Source: a virus
Lineage: Duplodnaviria; Caudoviricetes
IMG/VR virus record: IMGVR_UViG_3300036781_000312
Span: 1-53,988 of that record
Direction: 5' to 3' (one strand)
DNA: 53,988 nucleotides
Shown here: piece after piece, positions 45,734 through 53,988 of the stretch
Layout of the letters: each line of letters begins with the position of its first letter
How positions within the stretch are numbered: the first letter of the stretch is position 1
Notes under the pieces: model-generated
Databases searched by the model: none
What the model saw: only the letters and a program-made list of their open reading frames with translations
What the model was told of the DNA's origin: nothing
Position numbers and translations under genes: made by a program

Positions 45734-46398
45734 TGGCGATCGGCGACCAACAGGACATCTTCAACCGGCTCAAGGGCACGATACCTCGCTGGTTCGGCGA
45801 TGACACGCCAATCCTCGATGCGCTGATCACCGGGATCGCCAGCGCCAGCGCAGCGATTTACGAGTTGTACCAGTACGCGAAGCTGCAAACGCGCATCAAG
45901 ACCGCTACCGACGGCTGGCTGGACATGATCGCCGCGGATTTCTTCGGCACGCGGGTACTGCGGAAGGCCGGACAGTCGGATACATCCTTCCGCGCCACCA
46001 TCATCACGCAAATACTGCGCGAGCGCGGCACCCGCGCCGGGATCATTAAGGTCATCGAGGACTTGACCGGCCGCACGCCACTGGTTTTCGAGCCAATGCG
46101 CCCGGCCGACACCGGCGGGTACCGCGTTGGCGGCGTCGGCTATGGCGTAGCGGGCGGATATGGCTCGCTGGCCGTTGGGCCGTATCAGGGCTTCGTGACC
46201 GTGTTCCGACCCATCGGGACCGGGGTGCCTTTTGTCGCTGGGTACGGCATCAGCACCGGCGGCTATGCAACGGCGTCGCGTGCGGCCTATGCATCGATCG
46301 ACCAGGTGACGCAGGCAGTGACCGATCAGGACATTTACGACGCGATCAGCGACGTCAAGCCCGAGGGCACGACGGTCTGGACGCGCATCACGAACTAG
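45733..46398 (+). CDS. Baseplate wedge gpI-like protein
   Basis: TATDGWLD, RGTRAGI, VKPEG. Confidence 0.75.
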   Translation: MAIGDQQDIFNRLKGTIPRWFGDDTPILDALITGIASASAAIYELYQYAKLQTRIKTATDGWLDMIAADFFGTRVLRKAGQSDTSFRATIITQILRERGTRAGIIKVIEDLTGRTPLVFEPMRPADTGGYRVGGVGYGVAGGYGSLAVGPYQGFVTVFRPIGTGVPFVAGYGISTGGYATASRAAYASIDQVTQAVTDQDIYDAISDVKPEGTTVWTRITN

Positions 46399-46417
46399 CC
46401 GTTCTCGCCGCACAACC

Positions 46418-46441
46418 GGGGCCGCAGTAGCGGCCCTTTTT
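46418..46441 (+). terminator. Intrinsic terminator
   Basis: GGGCCGC-loop-GCGGCCC + T5. Confidence 0.7.
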
Positions 46442-46458
46442 CATTTATCGGAGCAAAA

Positions 46459-48228
46459 ATGAATCGTGTCATCGTCTATCCGGGGCAAATCCCGCTCGAA
46501 ACCGATGTGCTCCAGGGCGAGAAAAACGCCCTGATCGGCATGTCGAAGATCGCGGCGGCGATCCTGGGCACCGGGACGCTGCTGAATGGCCTGGCATGCG
46601 CGGCCACCAGCCCCGCGTCGATGTCGGTGGACGTCGGTGCCGGCGAAATCTTCGCGCTGAAAAACATCGACGACACCGCCTATTCCACCTTGGCGGCAGA
46701 CACGACGCACCAGATCCTCAAAACCGGCATTGCCCTGGACAAGACGACCCTGGCCTGCCCGGCGCCAGCGACCGTCGGCAACAGCATCAATTACTTGGTG
46801 CAGATCGCCTATTCCGACGTCGATGACAACCCGATTGCGCTGCCCTACTACAACTCCACCAACCCGGCGCAAGCCTATGTAGGCCCGAACGGCAGCGGTG
46901 TGGCGCAGAACACCACCCGCAACGGCGTTTGCGTCGTCAGCATAAAAACCGGTGTATCGGCGCCCACCGGCTCGCAGGTTACGCCCTCCCCTGACCCGAG
47001 CAACGTCGGCGCGTGGGTGATCAGCGTGGCACAGGGGGCGACCACAATCACCGCCGGAAATATCGCGCAGTACCCCGGCGCACCCTTCATCACCACCACG
47101 CTCACCAACCTTGCTCCGCTCGCCTCGCCGGCCCTCACCGGCGCGCCGACGGCGCCGACGCAGGCGAACAACGACCGCACCACCAAACTCGCCACCACCG
47201 CGTTTGTATGGACCGCCCTGGCGGGCGTGCTATCCAAGAGCGTCGCCGGCAACACCGACGTGACCCTCACCGCGGTCGAGGCGGGCAACGGCATCCTGAA
47301 CCTGACGGGCGCGCTGACCGGCAACATCAACGTCATCGTGCCGACGCAGAGCGGCGAATGGATCGTGCGTAACAACACGACCGGCAATTTCTCGCTCACC
47401 GTGAAGACTGCCGCCGGCGCGGGCATTGTGGTGTCGCACACCTCGCCGGGCAACAGCGTCATCCTCTATTGCGATGGCACCGACGTGGCTTCTGCGACCA
47501 GCAGCAGCTCCGGGGGCCAGCAGGCGGGTGAAGTCTGCTTTTTCGCGCGCAACACCGCGCCGACCGGCTTCCTGAAAGCCAACGGCGCGGCGGTGAGCCG
47601 CTCGACCTACTCTGACCTGTTCGCGGCGCTGGTGAGCAGCGCCACGGCGACGATATCTATCGCGTCGCCAGGCGTCGTCACCTGGACGGCGCATGCGAAA
47701 TCCGCGAACGACCCCGTCAAGTTTTCCACCACTGGCGCGCTTCCGAGCGGGCTCGTCGCCGGCACCGTCTACTACGTGGTCGGATCGTCGATCACCACCA
47801 ACACGTTTACCGTGTCCTCCACGCCCGGCGGGTCGGCCATCAACACCACCGGCACCCAGTCGGGCACCCACACAGCCATCAACGCTCCCTTCGGCGATGG
47901 CGACGGCTCGACCACCTTCAACGTACCCGATTTGCGCGGCGAGTTCCCGCGCGGCTGGGACGATAGCCGCAGCGTGGACACCTCGCGCTCGTTTGGCTCA
48001 TTGCAGCTCGACGCCATGCAGGGCCACTTCCACAACGTGAGCGGCAACACCAGCAAGCCGGCAGCGGGTGGCAGCAACGTGAACGACTATATATCGACCG
48101 TTTCGGCAGATGGCGGAGTGAACTCCGGAGTGGCCGCGCCCAAGACCGACGGCACCAACGGCACACCGCGCACGGCCGCTGAAAACCGCCCGCGCAACGT
48201 CGCGCTGCTTGCCTGCATCAAATACTGA
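46459..48228 (+). CDS. Tail fibre with collar domain
   Basis: SPALTGAPTAPT, GFLKANGAAVSR.TY..LF, FNVPDLRGEFPRGWD, ENRPRNVALLACIKY. Confidence 0.92.
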   Translation: MNRVIVYPGQIPLETDVLQGEKNALIGMSKIAAAILGTGTLLNGLACAATSPASMSVDVGAGEIFALKNIDDTAYSTLAADTTHQILKTGIALDKTTLACPAPATVGNSINYLVQIAYSDVDDNPIALPYYNSTNPAQAYVGPNGSGVAQNTTRNGVCVVSIKTGVSAPTGSQVTPSPDPSNVGAWVISVAQGATTITAGNIAQYPGAPFITTTLTNLAPLASPALTGAPTAPTQANNDRTTKLATTAFVWTALAGVLSKSVAGNTDVTLTAVEAGNGILNLTGALTGNINVIVPTQSGEWIVRNNTTGNFSLTVKTAAGAGIVVSHTSPGNSVILYCDGTDVASATSSSSGGQQAGEVCFFARNTAPTGFLKANGAAVSRSTYSDLFAALVSSATATISIASPGVVTWTAHAKSANDPVKFSTTGALPSGLVAGTVYYVVGSSITTNTFTVSSTPGGSAINTTGTQSGTHTAINAPFGDGDGSTTFNVPDLRGEFPRGWDDSRSVDTSRSFGSLQLDAMQGHFHNVSGNTSKPAAGGSNVNDYISTVSADGGVNSGVAAPKTDGTNGTPRTAAENRPRNVALLACIKY

Positions 48229-48239
48229 TCGAGGACCCC

Positions 48240-48815
48240 ATGAGCAAAGTCGTTTCTCAGCTGGACCCGCAAGGTTATTTTCTCTGCACCGTGATCGCCG
48301 ACGAATCGCCGCTCGAGGAAGGCGTTCTCCTGATCCCCGGCGGCGCCGTCGACGTAGCTCCTCCGGACATCGCGGAAGGGAAGCGTTATCGCCTGGACGA
48401 AACGGGCAACGCCTGGGTGGCGGAGGACATTCCGCAGCCCGAGGCCGCGCCGGCGCCGACGCTCGATGACCTGAAAGCCGCCAAGGCGGTCGAGATTAAC
48501 GCCGGGCGCCTGCAGGCCAACTTCGCCGGGTTCATGTTCGGCGGCCACCTGATCGCCACCGATACCCTCTCGCGGTCGGATATCGACGGGGTGGCCGGGT
48601 ACGTGGGCCTCTACGGCACCATGCCGCCCGATTGGCCGGGGTTCTGGAAGGCCGACGACAACGCCGAGGTGCCGATGCCCGACACCGCGACTTTCAAGGA
48701 CATGTACGCGGCGATGGTGGGGGAAGGCAATGCCAACTTTGCCAAATCCCAAGTGCTCAAGGCGCAACTGGCAGCCGCCACTACCGCCGAGCAAGTCGCC
48801 GCGATCACCTGGTAA
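48240..48815 (+). CDS. Tail fibre assembly protein (DUF4376-like)
   Basis: WKADDN...LKAQL..A...AITW; follows the fibre gene. Confidence 0.75.
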   Translation: MSKVVSQLDPQGYFLCTVIADESPLEEGVLLIPGGAVDVAPPDIAEGKRYRLDETGNAWVAEDIPQPEAAPAPTLDDLKAAKAVEINAGRLQANFAGFMFGGHLIATDTLSRSDIDGVAGYVGLYGTMPPDWPGFWKADDNAEVPMPDTATFKDMYAAMVGEGNANFAKSQVLKAQLAAATTAEQVAAITW

Positions 48816-48834
48816 CCCGCCTCTTGGAGCGAAC

Positions 48835-49308
48835 ATGAAAAAGACCGCGCACTCCCGCTATCTCCTGCCGATGGAAGCCTTGCTCGGTGCCCTGTCCGTT
48901 GGCATGGGCGTGGCGGGCATCTTCGGCCGAACGATCCTGCACGCCGCGCTGACGATGCGGGGCGAGGACATCACCTGGTTCGCCTTCTTCTTCGGCATCG
49001 GCGCGGCGCGCGTGATGGTGTCGCTGTGGGAGTGGCGTTACCTGCGCGGAGCCGCGGAGCCCACCGTCTACCAGTTCACGAGCGTGCGCGCCAGCCTGGC
49101 CTTCGCGTGCCTCTTTACCTGGACCGGGGCGCTCAAGATCATCGTGCTGGGCAGCCTATCCGGGCAGATGCCTTTCATTGTCGCGGTGGCGGTGCTGGCC
49201 GTCTCCTTCAATCTCTGGTCGTTCTGGGAAAACTACAAGGTCCGCTGTGCGCTCAATCCTCGCCTACACACTACGAATCTTGTTTTCTCGCCGAACCGCC
49301 GCGTTTAG
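48835..49308 (+). CDS. Four-TM membrane protein (holin/antiholin candidate)
   Basis: Hydrophobic helices; start of lysis region. Confidence 0.6.
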   Translation: MKKTAHSRYLLPMEALLGALSVGMGVAGIFGRTILHAALTMRGEDITWFAFFFGIGAARVMVSLWEWRYLRGAAEPTVYQFTSVRASLAFACLFTWTGALKIIVLGSLSGQMPFIVAVAVLAVSFNLWSFWENYKVRCALNPRLHTTNLVFSPNRRV

Positions 49309-49669
49309 CGGCATCGTCTGGCCGCTGGCGGCGATCGCCACCGAACAGGCGGCCGTGCACGCGCTCGATTTCGGGAGCTGGCGCTTTTGGGTCAATGGCG
49401 CCTTCGTGCTGGTGGTGGCGCTCGGCGGCTGGGCGGCCTCCAGCCTGGCCCAGCTCGCGCAATGGACCGAAGGCTGGCCGGCGCGGCTGAAAGTGCTCCA
49501 AGGGCTCGTGACGTCGGTGATGGCCGGCGTCATCGCCTATGCGCTGGCGGTCTACGCCGGCACGCCCGACATCCCCAGCATGGTCGGCGCCGCGCTCGCT
49601 GGCTGGGGCGGGGAGAAGTTCCTGAACCCGCTGCTTGAGCGGTTTTTCAGCAAGAGCGAAAAGCAATAG
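49247..49669 (+). CDS. Putative holin
   Basis: Multiple TM helices, AGWGGEKFL, basic tail; start uncertain. Confidence 0.65.
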   Translation: MRSILAYTLRILFSRRTAAFSGIVWPLAAIATEQAAVHALDFGSWRFWVNGAFVLVVALGGWAASSLAQLAQWTEGWPARLKVLQGLVTSVMAGVIAYALAVYAGTPDIPSMVGAALAGWGGEKFLNPLLERFFSKSEKQ

Positions 49670-49689
49670 CCCGACAGCGACACAGCACC

Positions 49690-49713
49690 AGGCCCGCAGA
49701 TGCGGGCCTTTTT
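49690..49713 (+). terminator. Intrinsic terminator
   Basis: AGGCCCGC-loop-GCGGGCCT + T run. Confidence 0.7.
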
Positions 49714-49730
49714 CATTTCTGGAGGACTCA

Positions 49731-50372
49731 ATGCAACTCACCGCCCCGCAGCTCGCGGCGTGCACCGGCGCTGACGCCGCGCATGCTGCGCGCTGGCTGC
49801 CGCAGATCCAAGCGGCGTTCGATCGCTTCGAAATCAACACGCCGAAGGCCGCCGCCGCGGCCCTGGCCAACATCGGTCACGAGAGCACGAACCTGCGCGT
49901 GGTCGAGGAAAACCTGAATTACAGCGCCGACGGGCTGCTGCGCACCTTCCCGACGCACTTCATGGTCGCCGAGGCCGCGCAATACGCGCATCAGCCGGAG
50001 CGCATCGCCAACCGCGTCTACGCCAACCGCTACGGCAACGGCGACGAAGCCAGCGGCGACGGCTGGGCGCACCGCGGCGCCGGGCTGATCCAGATCACGT
50101 TCGCCGAGAACCAGCGCGAGTGCGGCACCGACCTTGGCATCGCGCCAGCCGACATCGGCACATGGCTGCGCACCGACGAAGGCGCCGCGCTGTCCGCCGC
50201 GTGGTTCTTCGTGCGTCACGGCTGCATGACGCCGGCGGCCGCCGGCGACTTCGACGAGGTGTGCGACCTCGTCAACATCGGCCACAAGACCCAGAAGGTG
50301 GGCGACTCCAACGGCTATTCCGCGCGCTTTGCGCTGTGGAAGAACGGCCGCACCGCGCTGGGTGCCGCATGA
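49731..50372 (+). CDS. Endolysin, glycoside hydrolase family 19
   Basis: GHES...EENLNYSA...RGAGLIQIT...SAAWFF. Confidence 0.92.
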   Translation: MQLTAPQLAACTGADAAHAARWLPQIQAAFDRFEINTPKAAAAALANIGHESTNLRVVEENLNYSADGLLRTFPTHFMVAEAAQYAHQPERIANRVYANRYGNGDEASGDGWAHRGAGLIQITFAENQRECGTDLGIAPADIGTWLRTDEGAALSAAWFFVRHGCMTPAAAGDFDEVCDLVNIGHKTQKVGDSNGYSARFALWKNGRTALGAA

Positions 50373-50824
50373 GCTGGCTCACCGACATTTTCGGGGGCGA
50401 ATACAAGCTGCTCGCCATCGGCATCGCCATTGCCGTCATCTTCGCGGCCGGCGGCGCCGGTGGCTACAAGCTCGCGGCCTGGCACTACGACGGTCAGGTA
50501 GCGGCGGCCAAGGCCGATACCATCGCCGCGAAAAAGGACACCGACGCCGCGCGCGTAAACGCCGCTCAATGGCAGGCCAGCTACACCGCGCTACAGGCCG
50601 CCGGGAAGCGCCAGAACGACGCGGTAGCGGCTTTTGCGGCTGCGTCCGATGCCAGGGCCAAGGCGGCGGAAGTGGCGGAAGCGGCGGCCAAGAAGCGCGC
50701 CGATGCCGCCGACGCCCGGGCGAAGCAGATTTTGCAGAGCCAGCCGCCGCCGGGCCTGGACCTGTGTACCGCCGCCCGCCAAGCCTTCGACGCCGAACTC
50801 AAAGAGGAGCGCGCCCAACCATGA
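50369..50824 (+). CDS. Inner-membrane spanin (Rz-like)
   Basis: N-terminal TM plus Ala-rich coiled coil, after endolysin. Confidence 0.75.
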   Translation: MSWLTDIFGGEYKLLAIGIAIAVIFAAGGAGGYKLAAWHYDGQVAAAKADTIAAKKDTDAARVNAAQWQASYTALQAAGKRQNDAVAAFAAASDARAKAAEVAEAAAKKRADAADARAKQILQSQPPPGLDLCTAARQAFDAELKEERAQP

Positions 50825-51129
50825 CTGTCGCCCGCCTGATCCTTGCTGTCGCCCTGCTGCTGATCGCCGGCTGCACCACCACCGCGCCTCTGCCGCCGGC
50901 GCCGGTCGTGCAGGAGGTGAACATCCCCGTCGTCGTGCCCTGCAAAATCGACGTGCCATCGCCCCTTCGCTACAGCGTCGATTCCCTGCCGATCGGTGCC
51001 GACATCTGGACGCAGATGAAAGCGCTGCGTGCCGAGCGCCAGGAGCGCATCACCTACGAAATTCAACTCGAAGCCGCCGCGAAGGCGTGCGCCGACACTG
51101 CTGTTCAACCATCGAAAGGAACACCATGA
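50821..51129 (+). CDS. Outer-membrane spanin lipoprotein (Rz1-like)
   Basis: Lipobox IAGC, Pro-rich. Confidence 0.8.
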   Translation: MTVARLILAVALLLIAGCTTTAPLPPAPVVQEVNIPVVVPCKIDVPSPLRYSVDSLPIGADIWTQMKALRAERQERITYEIQLEAAAKACADTAVQPSKGTP

Positions 51130-51428
51130 GCACCGTACGCGAAATCATGCAGGCGAATCTCGCCGCCGCCAAAACCGACCTCGTCACCGCGCAGGCCGCG
51201 CTGGAGAAACTGGCCGAATCCAAGGCCGTCTCCGAGGCGATGGCGAAGGTGTCGAAGATCGAGGCCGACATCAAGGCCGGCGAAACCAGCTTCGGCGCCT
51301 GGCTGGAAAAGGAAGAGAACGAGGCCGTCGCCTTCTTCCACACGATGGCGCAGCACCTGGGCCTGGAGGCCGTGCCCGCGCCGGCCGTGGTCGAGCCCGC
51401 AGCAGCCGCTGCATCGACGCCGACCTAA
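51126..51428 (+). CDS. Hypothetical protein
   Basis: RBS AAGGA, coupled. Confidence 0.65.
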   Translation: MSTVREIMQANLAAAKTDLVTAQAALEKLAESKAVSEAMAKVSKIEADIKAGETSFGAWLEKEENEAVAFFHTMAQHLGLEAVPAPAVVEPAAAAASTPT

Positions 51429-51506
51429 TTTTCAAGTTTCTCAGGCCGCAAGACCGTAAGACAAAAGCCTTTAACCGCCCGCAAGGGCTCTTATAGGAGC
51501 ATCACC

Positions 51507-51845
51507 ATGAAAAAGTTCGATTGCACCCCCGCCTGGCTGGACCGGCGACTGGCCATCGCCGACGACTCGCAGGTAGCAGCGGGTGGCGGGGAGTTGCCAG
51601 CGCCCACGCAAGTTCGCGCACTGTTCGTCTGCAACGCCGTCGAAACCCTCGATTTCGGAAGCTGCAAGCAGACCAAGGTGCGGATGGGTGCTATCTATGG
51701 CACCGGTGAAGAGGCCAAGACCTTCAATGATGCCACGCCATCCGGTGAATTCTGGATGACGATTTCTGAGGGGCGTCCGGCGGCCAAGCTGTTCAAGCCG
51801 GGCGAGCGGTATTACCTGGACTTTACCAAAGCACCAGGCGCCTAA
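51507..51845 (+). CDS. Hypothetical protein
   Basis: RBS AGGAG; FNDATPSG...YYLDFT. Confidence 0.7.
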   Translation: MKKFDCTPAWLDRRLAIADDSQVAAGGGELPAPTQVRALFVCNAVETLDFGSCKQTKVRMGAIYGTGEEAKTFNDATPSGEFWMTISEGRPAAKLFKPGERYYLDFTKAPGA

Positions 51846-51861
51846 AAGCGCTGATTTCACC

Positions 51862-51903
51862 GGCCCCGGCCGCACCTCTCACAGGTGCGGCCGGGGCCTT
51901 TTT
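51862..51903 (+). terminator. Strong terminator ending the late operon
   Basis: Long perfect stem GGCCCCGGCCGCACCT/AGGTGCGGCCGGGGCC + T5. Confidence 0.85.
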
Positions 51904-52040
51904 GCGTTTCAGCTTGCAGAGCGGTGTCGCCCGCGATGTGACGCGACTGGTTGGCGGCGCCACGTCGCTCTGTTACGATTGGCGCATTAGTTGAAATAGA
52001 AAATTGACGGATCTCAAACAGCTTGTCGCCTATAAAAACA

Positions 52041-52910
52041 ATGTACAAACTAGTCCAAAAATTGCCGAAGCCGGTCCGCAAGGCACTCAAGCCATTCGCC
52101 GCACCGTTCCTCGACATTGCCCGCGTTCGGCGGCGCAGGGCTTTCGCGCTCCAGTACTACACGAGATATTTTCAGGCAATCGAGACTTGGGCGAAGCGCC
52201 ATGCTGAATCATCGAATTTCTACTATTCGCTGACCGATGCCAACCGACAGCAGTTGGCGCATCTGCTCGCCGTGGTGTTGCGCACGAGCCCGACAAAAAT
52301 CCGTGGTTACTTCGATGAAATCGAAGGCGATCAGGACCTAGAGAAGCATTTTGCGTCCGCCGTTCGCTTGCTACCGAACGAGGCGGAGACCGTCATCCGC
52401 TACGGCCGGCGGATTGGCTGGTATGCCTTTGTGCGCGCGATGAAGCCCGCCCTTGTCATAGAAACCGGCGTCGACCACGGCGTAGGCGCCTGCATTCTCG
52501 CCAGCGCGATCCTGCGCAATCGCGCGGAAGGATACGCCGGCAAATACTACGGACTCGAAATCAGGCCCGAGGCAGCACAGTTTTTCAAGGGGCGATATGC
52601 CGAAGCCGGGGAGATTCTTGTCGGCGATTCGCTGGCGAGCCTGCGCGGCCTGAACGAGCCCATCGGCCTTTTCATCAACGACAGCGACCACAGCGCCGAC
52701 TACGAATATAAAGAGTACCTGGAGATTCGCAGGCTGCTCGCCCCTTCTGGGGTGATTCTCGGCGACAACAGCCATGTGACCGACCGCCTGGCCCAATTTT
52801 CGGAAGAGGAAAACCGCTCGTTCATCTTTTTCGCCGAAAAGCCCGCGAACCACTGGTATCCAGGAGCGGGCATCGGCATTTCGTTCCCGCGCGAAGGCGC
52901 GCCAGCGTAG
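52041..52910 (+). CDS. Class I SAM methyltransferase (Methyltransf_24-like) moron
   Basis: IETGVDHG, GDS, FINDSDHS, ILGDN; AT-richer sequence after the late terminator. Confidence 0.85.
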   Translation: MYKLVQKLPKPVRKALKPFAAPFLDIARVRRRRAFALQYYTRYFQAIETWAKRHAESSNFYYSLTDANRQQLAHLLAVVLRTSPTKIRGYFDEIEGDQDLEKHFASAVRLLPNEAETVIRYGRRIGWYAFVRAMKPALVIETGVDHGVGACILASAILRNRAEGYAGKYYGLEIRPEAAQFFKGRYAEAGEILVGDSLASLRGLNEPIGLFINDSDHSADYEYKEYLEIRRLLAPSGVILGDNSHVTDRLAQFSEEENRSFIFFAEKPANHWYPGAGIGISFPREGAPA

Positions 52911-52920
52911 CGGGACGTCT

Positions 52921-53379
52921 ATGTTGCGCCGGGTCGCTGCCGCCCTCCTCCTCGCCATCGCGGCGCCGGCGGCCGCCTACCAGGCGCTCGTGGTGCGCAT
53001 CATCGACGGCGACACGCTGGTGGTGCTGGCCGACCGGCAGCAGGTCAAGGTGCGCCTGGCCGAAATCGACGCGCCGGAGCGCCGGCAGGCCTTCGGGGAG
53101 CGCTCCAGGCAGGCGCTGGCAGCCTTGTGCGCCCGCCAGCAGGCCGAAGTGACGCCAGTGGCCACCGACCGCTATGGCCGCACCGTGGCGCGCGTGAGTT
53201 GCGCAGGCGAGGACGCAGGAGCCCATCAGGTGCGCGCCGGGATGGCATGGGTGTACCGGGCTTATGCGCCCAAGGGAACGGCCCTAATCAGGCTGGAGAG
53301 CGGCGCGCGGGCAGCCGGCGTGGGGTTATGGTCGGACGCTGCGCCGACGCCACCGTGGGAATTCCGGCACCGGCGCTAA
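52921..53379 (+). CDS. Secreted thermonuclease (SNase family)
   Basis: Signal peptide, IDGDT, RLAEIDAPE, DRYGR, GLW, PWEFR. Confidence 0.93.
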   Translation: MLRRVAAALLLAIAAPAAAYQALVVRIIDGDTLVVLADRQQVKVRLAEIDAPERRQAFGERSRQALAALCARQQAEVTPVATDRYGRTVARVSCAGEDAGAHQVRAGMAWVYRAYAPKGTALIRLESGARAAGVGLWSDAAPTPPWEFRHRR

Positions 53380-53627
53380 ACGCGATACCGCCCCTTTTCG
53401 CACCAGTATTTCACTTTGACACCCGGCTGCGCCTGGAAGAGGTCGCGCGCGATCTCGCAATTGCCGCGGTTGTAAGCCTCACCCTGGTCTGTGTCGAACG
53501 ATGCAACGTGCAGCCGCATGGCTGCATTTACGGGGCTGCTTCGGTACAGCACATAGGAGTCGTCGGCGCCGCCGCGCGCTTCGCAGGCGGCGAGCAGACA
53601 GGCAAGAATCACCACGGTGCGTTTCAC
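53376..53627 (-). CDS. Small lipoprotein
   Basis: Lipobox LAAC; YWCEKGRY. Confidence 0.7.
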   Translation of the reverse strand: MKRTVVILACLLAACEARGGADDSYVLYRSSPVNAAMRLHVASFDTDQGEAYNRGNCEIARDLFQAQPGVKVKYWCEKGRYRV

Positions 53628-53636
53628 TCGGCCCCT

Positions 53637-53714
53637 CTGTCTAATACAAGATACTGCAAGGTTGAAAAATAAGGAAAAAAACTGATCTAAGGGGATTCAA
53701 ACGTATTAGACAGG
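53637..53714. promoter_or_regulatory. Putative integrase arm-type sites, right (CTGTCTAATAC direct, ACGTATTAGACAGG inverted)
   Basis: Same motif as at the left end, in an AT-rich noncoding stretch next to the att core. Confidence 0.65.
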
Positions 53715-53758
53715 ATTGGCAACTTTTTCCTTATGAATCAGCATGCAGCGCCGTATTT

Positions 53759-53818
53759 TTATAGGTACTGCTGCATCATCGGCGTGTGGTTGCTGTAGCT
53801 CTCGTTCTGCCCGGGCAT
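53759..53818 (-). pseudogene. mutS: Stranded native mutS 5' end (MPGQNESYSNHTPMMQQYL-stop)
   Basis: ATG at 53818, same HTPMMQQYL motif, TAA just inside phage sequence. Confidence 0.85.
53769..53790. repeat. att core, right junction
   Basis: Exact match to 13..34. Confidence 0.95.
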
Positions 53819-53988
53819 GCCTGTTGTTCTCGATTGATCGACGGCGGCGCCCAATCCCGTGGGGCACGGCCAGGGCGCATTTTAATCCGCCCGCGGCCGG
53901 GCGGCCCGCGGGCGGCGGATGGCGAAGCTACTTGCCGGAGACCGGCTTGGCGGCGTGATAGGGATCATCCAGCGCGACGGCGCCGGTC

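Larger units (their letters stand above)
13..53790. mobile_element. Complete temperate prophage (myovirus-type tail) integrated in the 5' end of mutS
   Basis: Terminal 22-bp direct repeats, an integrase at one end, and a full set of immunity, replication, packaging, head, contractile tail and lysis modules. Confidence 0.97.

Noticed and set aside
53743-53958. 71-aa plus-strand ORF across the right att
   Set aside because: Spans the junction and is antisense to the mutS remnant; no coding features
1-53988. CRISPR array, tRNA/rRNA, IS elements, reverse transcriptase/DGR
   Set aside because: No regularly spaced repeats, cloverleaf with T-loop, transposase or RT motifs noticed; checked by eye only, so short elements could be missed

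Overview
The window is essentially one complete, apparently intact ~53.8-kb temperate prophage with a lambdoid immunity/replication region and a contractile (myovirus) tail. It is GC-rich, consistent with a betaproteobacterial host. A 22-bp direct repeat (13..34 and 53769..53790) bounds it and encodes the MutS N-terminal motif HTPMMQQ on the minus strand. The phage has therefore integrated into the 5' end of mutS, stranding the native start at the right end and supplying an in-frame replacement N-terminus just after the integrase stop. Gene order: integrase/excisionase and leftward early operon; cI/cro/cII switch with five palindromic operators; DNA-modification cluster (truncated N6-MTase, G11-frameshifted Dam, TGT/DpdA-like gene); replication; Q-like region; leftward DUF932 cassette; ParB-N/methyltransferase/radical SAM module; packaging, head, tail, lysis; right-end morons. 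The most notable signal that no gene explains is a bipartite leader element (a GCUGGAA-loop hairpin followed by the RBS GACAGGAG) upstream of five leftward genes. An intergenic hairpin at 8324..8384 has a loop complementary to both halves, suggesting a phage trans-acting antisense sRNA regulon. All product calls come from motif recognition by eye; no database searches were run.
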